A stretch of DNA of 32,000 nt from contig OZ252279.1 of the NCBI GenBank assembly GCA_965250005.1, positions 1,800,001 through 1,832,000 of the forward strand. The letters run 5' to 3'. Under the pieces are notes generated by a model, which ran no database searches, was not told the origin of the DNA, and saw only the letters and a list, made by a program, of their open reading frames with translations. Position 1 is the first letter of the stretch. Every line of letters starts with the position of its first letter. The stretch is from Demequinaceae bacterium (lineage in GTDB: Bacteria; Actinomycetota; Actinomycetes; Actinomycetales; Demequinaceae). This document shows, piece after piece, positions 1 to 9,500 of the stretch. The position numbers and the translations under genes are program-made.

Positions 1-386
1 TGTCCACCGGAGCCGTCTACGCGGAGTACGATCGCGCACTGGCCGACGGCGATCGCCTGGGTGTGCAGCCGCGTATCGATGAGGAGCTTATGGTGGCGCT
101 TCGCGCAGGGGACGCTGCTGGCGTGGGGGAGCGGCTCCACAACGATTTGCAGGATTCGGCGCTCGCGTTGGCCCCGCATCTGTCGGCGACGCTTGACTCC
201 GCGTTGAGCGCGGGTGCGCTTGGGGCGATCGTCTCGGGTTCTGGGCCCACGGTGGCTGCGCTGGCGCGTTCGCGGCAGCACGCACTCGGGGTCGCTGCGG
301 GGATTTCGGCAGCCGGAACCGCGGACGCGGTGCTGTGTGTTGAGGGCCCCGTCAATGGTGCGACCATCGTCGCAATGGACGTTTAG
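1..386 (+). CDS. ispE: 4-diphosphocytidyl-2-C-methyl-D-erythritol kinase, C-terminal part (5' end lies outside the window)
   Basis: This reading frame is open from the window edge (STGAVYAEYD...). The translation ...LHNDLQDSALALAPHL...GALGAIVSGSGPTVAAL... matches the conserved HNDLQ / VSGSGPT region of actinobacterial IspE (GHMP kinase). Stop codon at 384-386. Confidence 0.85.
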   Translation, partial: STGAVYAEYDRALADGDRLGVQPRIDEELMVALRAGDAAGVGERLHNDLQDSALALAPHLSATLDSALSAGALGAIVSGSGPTVAALARSRQHALGVAAGISAAGTADAVLCVEGPVNGATIVAMDV

Positions 387-511
387 CCGCCCGAATTGGC
401 TCGTTCGTCCCAAGAATCCACCGCCAATGTTCCGTTCCGCTTGCGGGTGGCTGGTGAGGGTTATACGTTTGCCAACCAATAGCGGCCACGGTTGGCTGGG
501 CGAGTTATCCC

Positions 512-519
512 GAGGGGGA
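512..519 (+). promoter_or_regulatory. Shine-Dalgarno-like site for the rhs gene
   Basis: GAGGGGGA lies 4 nt upstream of the GTG at 524. Confidence 0.5.
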
Positions 520-523
520 TCCC

Positions 524-598
524 GTGCAAGTCCGAAGTCTGATTGTTGGCGCCGTCGTTGTCGCGCTTTCTGCATCCATGGCTCAGCCAGCTTCTGCG
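524..598 (+). other. Predicted Sec signal peptide
   Basis: MQVRSLIVGAVVVALSASMAQPASA|FEA has a basic n-region, a hydrophobic core and an AxA-type cleavage motif. Judged by eye only. Confidence 0.65.
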
Positions 599-3500
599 TT
601 CGAGGCCGTTGTTGCGCCCGTGCCTGCCGCTCAGTTCAGCTCCGAGACCCCTGCGCCGGCTCCGGATTGCCAGCTCTATCCGCTTGCGCTCTCTACAGAG
701 GTACTCGCGGAAGCCGAGGTGGGCATCAACTTTTTGCGTGTGCCGCTTGGTAATGGTACGGGCAACTTTTCGTTCTTGAGTTGGGCAGGCGTGAACGACG
801 CCGACGTGTTTGCCGCCGCGATCGCCGCTGACGGCGGCGCCGCTGGTTACGTGAACCCAGAGGACCCGGCAGACTCGCAGCTTGACTTGGGCGACTGGGT
901 GCAGGGACTGCCTGGTGTCAAGAACAGTTCTGGAGTGCGCGCCAACTTGGACGCTCTGATTGGCGCAGAGATCGCGGTGCCAACGTGGAGCGAACTACGC
1001 GGCGAGGGCGACGAGCTTGACTACAGCGTCGATGGTTTCGCGCGAATCAAGCTCCTCAGTTACAAGCTTTCCGGCAAGGGCTGGATTAGTTTCGAATACG
1101 TGGGTGACACCCAGTGTTACATCGAACCAGAAACGAACCAACTGCCGCTTGCTGAGGCTCAGGCTCTCGACACGGACAGCGAGACCCCAATTTTGATCGT
1201 GCTCGAAGGTAGCGACGCAGACGGCGATGCCATCACGTTTGACCTCGCGAGCCAGCCGGCGAATGGCGCACTCTGGGGCACCGCTCCGCAACTTACCTAC
1301 GTATCAGACGCCGACTACATTGGGCCAGATAGCTTCGAATTCACAGTGAATGACGGCTCTGACGATTCGCAGTTGGCAACCGTAAGTATCGATGTCGCGC
1401 GTCCCAACGACGCGCCCGTCATCACCTCGACGCCCTCACTCTCAGGACAGTTGGGCGACCCATACGATTACGCGGTCGCTGCCGTCGACCCGGACGGGGA
1501 CGCGCTCGCCTACACGCTCGCTACGACAGAACCCGGCTTGACCGTCGACCCGGCAACTGGCCTGGTGTCGGGACTGCCCCAGTCCTCCGCATGGCTCGAG
1601 GCTGTTGGCGGACCCGACCCTGCTTGCAAATCCTTCGACAGGAGTGTCTCCGAGCTCAACATGGAGCTTGGCTGGCATTGGAGAAGCCCAATCAATGGGC
1701 TGTCGAGCACTGTCATGGGTACTCCCGTGGTCGCCAGGATCGTTGACATTAATGGCGACGGTGTAGTGGATGAACTTGATCCGCCCACGGTTGTGTTCGC
1801 GGCGTTCCTCCGCACCTGGTCGGATGGTGCGTACGTAGTTGCAGTCAATGGGGAGACTGGCGCAACGCTGTGGATCAGTTCCCGGCGCAGGGTTTCCGGA
1901 TTCTCGTCGCCGGCAGTGGGAGACATCGACGGCGACGGCCGACTCGACATCGTCTATGTTGGCGCGCACGATCGCACGGAGTTGGTTGCATTCGACCACA
2001 CGGGCGCCCTGAAATGGATCGCCCCGACGGGGCCGGTCAGCCCCCATTTGCCCCTGCGCAACGCGTGGGACTGGGTTTCTCTTGCTGACCTTGACGCCGA
2101 TGGCGACGTCGAGGTGGTGCACGGAAACCGCGTGTTCGATGGTGCTGGCAACCTGCTGTGGATAGGCGCGGACACCACGGGTGGACACTCGGCTGGCGGA
2201 GTCGGATCGATTGTCGCTGACCTCGACCAAGACGGATTCCAGGAGGTCATCGCGGGCCGAACCGTCTACACCCATGACGGCCAAATAAAGAGCACCAATC
2301 CGGACTTGCCAGAGTTTGCATTTAATGCGATTGGTGACTTTGACGGTGACGGTGACCCGGAGATAGTCGTCAACGGCACGGGCGGCTCGAGCGGGATCTT
2401 TCTGGTCGACCACGAGATGAATGTCATCTGGGGGCCTGTTGAGCACCCGGGCGCATCGAGCAGGGTAGGTGGCCCGCCCACCGTGGCCGACTTTGACGGC
2501 GACGGCCACATTGACATCGGCATCGCCGGAGAATCTCGGTACGCCACGTTCGACCGCAACGGGGATGTGGTGTGGTCGCAGATTATCCAGGACTATTCGT
2601 CTGCCGTGACCGGGTCTTCGGTATTCGATTTCGACGGCGACGGACGGGCGTCGGTGGTGTTTGCGGATGAGTACCACTTGTACGTGCTTGATGGCCCTAC
2701 TGGCGTTCCGGAGGCCACTTTCTCCAACCGATCGGGCACGGCGCACGAGTTCCCCATCGTTGTTGACTCGACCGGCGACGGGCTCGCGAACATCATTGTG
2801 CCCGCGACTCAGACGCGTTTGAGCGTGGGCGGCGTCCGCATGTACCAGTCGGCTGATTTGTCGTGGATGCCTACGCGCTCCATCTGGAATCAGCATGCGT
2901 ACTCGATCGGAAACGTCAACGACGACGGGACCATCCCCGCCCACCCTGAACCCAGCTGGCAGACGCACAACACGTTCCGTCTCAACAGCCAACCTGATCG
3001 CACCGCGTACGGACTTTCGGACATCTCACTGGGTGGGCTCTCGCTGACGGGCGGCCCCACGTATCACACGCTCAACGTCACCGTTGAGAGCCGCGGACTC
3101 GCGGACTACCCCGGACAGAGCTCCGTTGAGTTCTTCGCGGTCGATGCCGCGGGCGTCGAGGTCAGTTTGGGCGAGGTTGCTGTGCCCGAACTGGTGCGCG
3201 GAAGCTCGCACGTTGCGCACCTCGTGGGAGTCAACGCAGCCGACGTCGAAGGCAAAGTGGTCAAGGCGGTTCTTCGCGAGCCTGCCGGGATGACGCAGTG
3301 CGACAACTCGAACGACTGGGCCGCCGCGCAGGCGGTCACGGTCACCGCAGAGGACCCGTTTGGGCTGGCGGACTCGCAGATTTACTTGCTCAAGCTCCAC
3401 GGGGCGAACACGGCGCCCACAATTTCGAGCGCGGCAGTTCAAGCCGTTGAGGCGCGCACGCTCTACGAGTACCCGGTGGTGGCGACCGATGCCGACCGCG

Positions 3501-6500
3501 GCGACAGTATCCACTACACGCTTCTCGATTCGCCCACCGGAATGTGGATCAATGGCGTGACCGGCCAGATTGTCTGGAAGACCGGCGATGAAGGGGTGGG
3601 CGATCACCTGGTCACCGTTCAGGTTGAGGACATTGCGGGCGCCATCGATGTGCAGACGTTCACGCTGACCGTCGGCCCGAGCCTCAACCCGCAGCTTCCG
3701 CCCTCCATCGTGAGCGACGCACCCACGCGCGCAACGGTGAACGGCGAGTACCGGTACCAGGTGCAGGCACCTTCGCCTGATGGTCTGCCGGTGGAGTTCT
3801 CGCTTGCGGTCCGGCCGGTGGGCATGACCATCGATTCGGTTACTGGCGAGATCGTGTGGACACCGTCGGCGTTCCAATCTGGCGAGGCCTTCGTTGTGGT
3901 CCGCGCGATTGACTCGAACCTCCACTTCGACTTGCAGGAATTCGTTCTCATCATCGCGTCTTCGGACACCAACGAGGCCCCACACATTACGAGCGCCACC
4001 GGCGATTTTGTGCTCGCGGGAGAAGTGTTCTCGTACCAGGCTCAGGCCGTCGACTTCGACGGTGACACGGTGGCGTTCGCAGTTCAGGGCGCGCCCGCAG
4101 GTCTCGCGATCAACGCCACGACTGGGCTCGTCACGTGGAACACCGCGGGCGTTACCTCGGCGCAGTATTCGTTCACGCTTGTGGCGTCGGACGCGCGCGG
4201 CGGCATCGACTATCAAGTGGTCACCGTGTCCGTGAACTCCGGTGCGAACGTTGCGCCTGAGGCCACGAGCACGCCGAACACCATTGTTGGGCTGGGCGAG
4301 ACCTGGACCTACACGTTTGCCGCGATCGACGGCGACGCCGATGTTCTCACGTACAGCGTCGAGGAAGGGCCAACTGGCCTCACGATCGACGCCGTCACTG
4401 GCGAGGCGCTTTGGGATGCATCCGGAGCTCAGCCCGGTGAACACCCGGTTGCTCTCCAAGCCACCGACGGTCGCGGCGGGTTCGCGACGCAGACGTTCAT
4501 TTTGCAGTTGGGCGACCTCACCGAAAACTTCCCCCCCACCATTGCCAGCATGCCAGCTGTCAGCCTGATCGTGGGCAGCGAATGGCAATATACGGTGCTC
4601 GCATCCGACACCGACGGCGACGCGGTCACCGTGATCGTCACCGAGGGCCCCGTGGGAATGGCCGTTGAAGGCGCAAACACCGTCACGTGGACGCCAGGCG
4701 AAACTGACGCGGGCGCGCACACCGTCACCATCGAAGCGCACGACGGGCTCGGCGGCGTGGCACGCCAATTCTTCACGGTCTATGTTGCGCCCGTAGGCAT
4801 CAGCATTGACCTGGCCCCGCCCACCATCAGCGTTGGCTCGGTATACGTGGAGCCGGGAACGCTCGTACAGCTCCCCGTGTCCGCCTCAGATGCCTCAAGC
4901 ATTTTGTCGCTGTTCTTGACGGTCGACGGCATCCCGATCGACATTTCTGCCGCTGGTATCGCAGAGTTTGTCGCCGGCGAGGCAGGCGCGTACCCCATGG
5001 TTGTCAGCGCGACGGACGGCGCATTCAACTCTGCGGTCGTATCGACGTGGATGATCGTGGGCGGCGTCGCTGACGGCGTGGCCCCCGAGGCGTTCTTCGG
5101 CGGCCCCGAGACGGGCGAAGAACTACGCACAGCCACCTCGCTGGTGGGTACAGCAAACGATGCAAACCTGCTCCGTTGGGAACTCACGGCGACCCCCGTG
5201 TCTCCCGCAGGCTCCGCGTCGATCATCATTGGCAGCGGGACGGACCCGGTAGTGGACGGCGAACTGGGCGTCTTCGACCCGTCGGCCCTCGCGGGCGGCG
5301 AGTGGTACCTCCAACTGGAGGTGTTCGATCAGGGCGGCCTCATCTCGACCATCGGCTACGTGGTGTCCTCGGTCAACGAAGCCAAGTACGGCCTGTTCTC
5401 CATGACGTTCACGGACGCCGTGGTGCCGGTGGCGGGAATGCCCATCACCATTCAGCGCACATACAACTCGGGCGCATCGACCCGGCCGGGCGACTTTGGA
5501 TTCGGCTGGGACCTGAGCCTGCAGACGCTCATGCTGGAGACCGACTACGCCCCGGGCGTGGGCTGGGACCGCGAGAACCAGGGCACGATCCTGCCCAACT
5601 GGGTGCTGCTGCCCGCCACATCCCACACAGTCACCATTCTCGATGGCGCCAGCGAGTCAATCGTCTTTGACTTCACGCCACGATTCCTCGACCCCGTATT
5701 CGATGGACGGTATGTTTCTGCCGAGTGGACCGAGCGGACGTCCACGGGCGCCACGCTCACCCCGCTCGACTCCACCGAACTGTTCCAGAACGACGGCAGG
5801 CTACTGTCCCTCGACAACCTCGAAACCTTCGTGCCTGAGGGTTACCGCGTGACCATGGCCGACGGCAGGGAGTTCACCTTCTCGCTGGAGGACGGCCTCA
5901 CCAACGTTCGTGACGCGAACGGAAACACGCTCACGATAAGCGACTCGGGCATCACGTCTTCTGCCGGCGCGAGCATTGCACTTGCCCGCGACCCGCAAGG
6001 CAGGATCACCTCGGTGACCACTCCCGGCGGACTAGTGACGCAGTACCGCTACGACGGTGCTGGCGACCTGGTCGCGGTCACGGACCCCGAGGGCTACGTC
6101 ACCAACTACGCGTACAACTCGAAGCACTACCTGACCGGAATCATCGACCCGCTGGGTCGCGTCCCGGCCCGCAACGAGTACGACGAGGACGGCCGCCTGG
6201 TCGCGATCGTCGACGCACAGGGCAACCGCATCGAAATCAACGCGGACCCGGACGCGCGCACCCAGACGGTCACCGACCGCCTGGGCAACGTGACGGTTCA
6301 GACGTTCGACGCGGGCGGCTACCTGATCGGCCAAGTGTTCGCGGACGGCACCACCGAGAGCTACGCTAACGACGCACTGGGCAACCGCACGTCTCGCACG
6401 GACGGTCTGGGCAACACATGGACTGCCACGTATGACGCAAGCCAAAACCGCACGTCCGTCACGGACCCGCTGGGCAACACCAAGACGTGGACCTACGACG

Positions 6501-9500
6501 CATCCAACCGCCTGATCAGTGCCACGGACGCGCTGGGCCGCACCACCGCAGTCACATACGACGCGCGTGGCAACGCCACCACGGTGACGTACCCGGACGG
6601 CACCCAGGTGACGTTCACGTACGACGCTGCTGGCAACCCCTTGACGGAGACGGACGAGTCCGGCCGCGTGACCACCAACGGGTACGACGCGACGGGACGC
6701 ATGACATCCACGACGTCCCCGGGCGGCTCGGTCACCAGCTACACATACGACGCGGATGGTCGTGTCAGTACTGTTACGGACGCCGAGGGTGGAGTGACCG
6801 CGCGCACCTACGACGGTCGCGGTCTGATAACCGGCTCCACGGATGCGTTGGGTGCGCTCAGCCAGTCCGGGTTTGACGCACTAGGTCAGCGGACCTCGTA
6901 TGTGGATGCGGTGGGCGGTACGTCGTCCATGGCTTATGACGAGCTGGGGCGGATGACGTCCCGCACGTCCCCCACGGCAGACGTGTCCACCTACGTCTAC
7001 GACGCTGAGGGCCGCATGGTTGGCTCCACCAGCCCTGACGGCGTGGTGCGCACCACCGCATACGATGTGCTCGGGCGAGTGTTGAACTCGAAGGTGGATG
7101 GCGTGACGGTGTCGAGCCGCACGTATGACGCCGCGGGGCGAGTTGTTACGGCGACCAACGCGACGGGCGCGACCACCACGTACACGTATGACGCGGCGGG
7201 CCGCTCCGTCGGTGCGACGTATGCGGATGGCACGGCAACCGCGACGGTGTTTGATGCGGCCGGTCAGGTGCTGTCGATGACATCGACGGCTGGCACGGTG
7301 TCGTATGCGTATGACTCGCGTGGGCGGGCAACATCAGTGACGGCCACCGATGGTGCCGTCACGGGCTACTCGTATGACGCTGCGGGCCGGGTGTTGACGC
7401 AGACGGCCCCGGATGGCGCTGTCACCACGTTTACGTATGACGCGGACGGGCGTATGGCGTCCGCGAGCGACCCACTGGGTAACACCGCACAGGTGTCGTA
7501 TGACGGCAACGGCCAGCGCGTGTCTGTGGTGGATCCGTTGGGTCGGACCCGGGTGTGGACTCTGGATGCGGTAGGGCGTCTGCTGACGTATTCGGTTGCA
7601 GGCCAGAGCCAACTGACGCAGATCTTTGATGCGGCAGGCAGGTTGACATCACGCACCCTCGGCGACGGCACCATCACCGCCTACACGTATGACGCTGCGG
7701 GCCGGTTGACGGTCATCGATTATGCGGACCGGGTGGACGCGACGTTCACGTATACGGATGCCGGACGCCGGGCGACGGTCACGGACCAGCGCGGCACGAC
7801 GTCCTATGGGTACGACTCACAGGGTCGCCTGACGTCGGTGGCCTCCCCGGAGGGCAACATCGGCTACGGGTATGACGCCGCCAGCCGGTTGACGTCCATC
7901 ACCACAGCCGCGGGCACCACCAGTTACACGCGCGACGCTTTGGGGCGTATCAGCGGCGTCACTGACCCTGACGGTGGCGTCTATCTGATTGCCCGCGACA
8001 GTGCGGGCCGGGTCAGTGCGGTCACATATCCCAACGGTGTCACGGAATCCTTCACGCGGGACGATGCGGGCAGGGCGATGGCTGTCACTGTCACCGACGC
8101 GCTTGGCACCGTGCTGGCCTCGCACACCGCGACCCGGGACGTTGCCGGCCGGATCACCGCGTTGGATGACGTATTCGACGCTGGTGTGGGCGCAGCGAAC
8201 GTATCCAGGGCCTTCGGATACGACGCAGCAGGCCGCCTCACGCAAGTCATCTCAGATGCCACAGGTAGCTCTTCGACCGTTGACTACACGTTGGATGGTT
8301 TAGGTAACCGGGCGTCCACATCCACGGACGGCACTGTCGTTGCCTCCACCGTGAACGACCTGGATCAGCTGACCTCCCAGGGCAGCAACGCGTTCACGTA
8401 TGACGACGCGAGCAGGCTCACCTCAGCCACAGGCCCGGGAGGTGCGTCCACGTATGCGTGGTCATCGCAGGGTGAACTACTCAACGCAGCCACTCCGGCC
8501 GGCACCATCAACTACGTCTATGACACCGATGGCAACGTCACCACCCGCACCGAAACCGGTGTGGCTGTGGACTTCGTGTATGACACCGTCAGCGGCCTAC
8601 CTCGGGCCGTCAGCGCCTCCGACGGCACCTGGTGGATATACGCAGACGGCATGATCCTCGCCCAACACACCGCTACTGGACCAACGACACCCGGCACCAC
8701 CGCCTATTTGCACAGTGACGTCCGTGGAGACGTGCGCACCGCCACCAATACTGCCGGCACCATCACCGACACCTTCACCTGGACCGTCGACGGGCAGCAG
8801 ACCACCCGCACCGGCACCACCACCGTCACCGTCGGCTGGCGTTCCGAGACCGTCGACACCACCACCGGGCTCATCTGGCTACGGGCCCGCTGGTATGACC
8901 CAACAACAGCCCGCTTCCTCAGCGCAGACCCGTGGCACGGCAACCCCGCCAACCCCATCAGCCTCAACCGCTACCTCTACGCCAACGCCGACCCCGTCAA
9001 CATGCACGACCCGACAGGGATGTTCACAACGACGGAGCAAACGTCTGCTGTGATCCCGACGCAAGGAGTCCTGTACGGGATACGCGGCATGAGCGTCACA
9101 CGTGCGCGTGCGATCGTACAGGCCGTTGTCGACTCCCTAGCTGCCTCAATAACACTGGCCTGGTCCGCGTACGCGGTGTTCGGGATTGACGACCCTGCGG
9201 CAGGCGAAGACGTCGACCGAAGCGGATCACGCGACGAGCCACTACCCGACATCGAGATATTCGAACGCGACTCTAACGACCCTGAACTCCAGCCCGCTGC
9301 AGATGGGGCGGGGGCGCAGAAACCACCCAAGAACTGTATGCCGCGGTCGACTCCGACGGGCGTCGATGAACTAGTCGAAGACGCGGCTGAATGGTTGGGG
9401 GCGGGGGCGCGCGTAATCACCAACGCGGCGGGCGATAAGATCTTCTTGTCGGCGGATGGGTTGCGAAGGATAAGGTTTGACATCAACCGTCCGTCTCCGC

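Noticed and set aside
387-523. Search for an att-like partial copy of the tRNA-Gln 3' end or an integrase at the left island boundary; also a 6-bp stem (ccaacc..ggttgg) upstream of rhs
   Set aside because: No convincing match to the tRNA 3' half was seen. No integrase ORF is present anywhere in the window. The short stem is too weak to call as a regulatory element.
1442-4768. Very long minus-strand ORFs (516 aa at 1442-2992 and 580 aa at 3026-4768), plus many 60-170-aa ORFs on both strands throughout the rhs genes
   Set aside because: They lie antisense or out of frame to a 9-kb ORF with clear domain content. Their translations are Arg/Gly/Ala/Pro-rich and low in complexity, as is typical of shadow ORFs in GC-rich DNA. 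No independent start or SD evidence.
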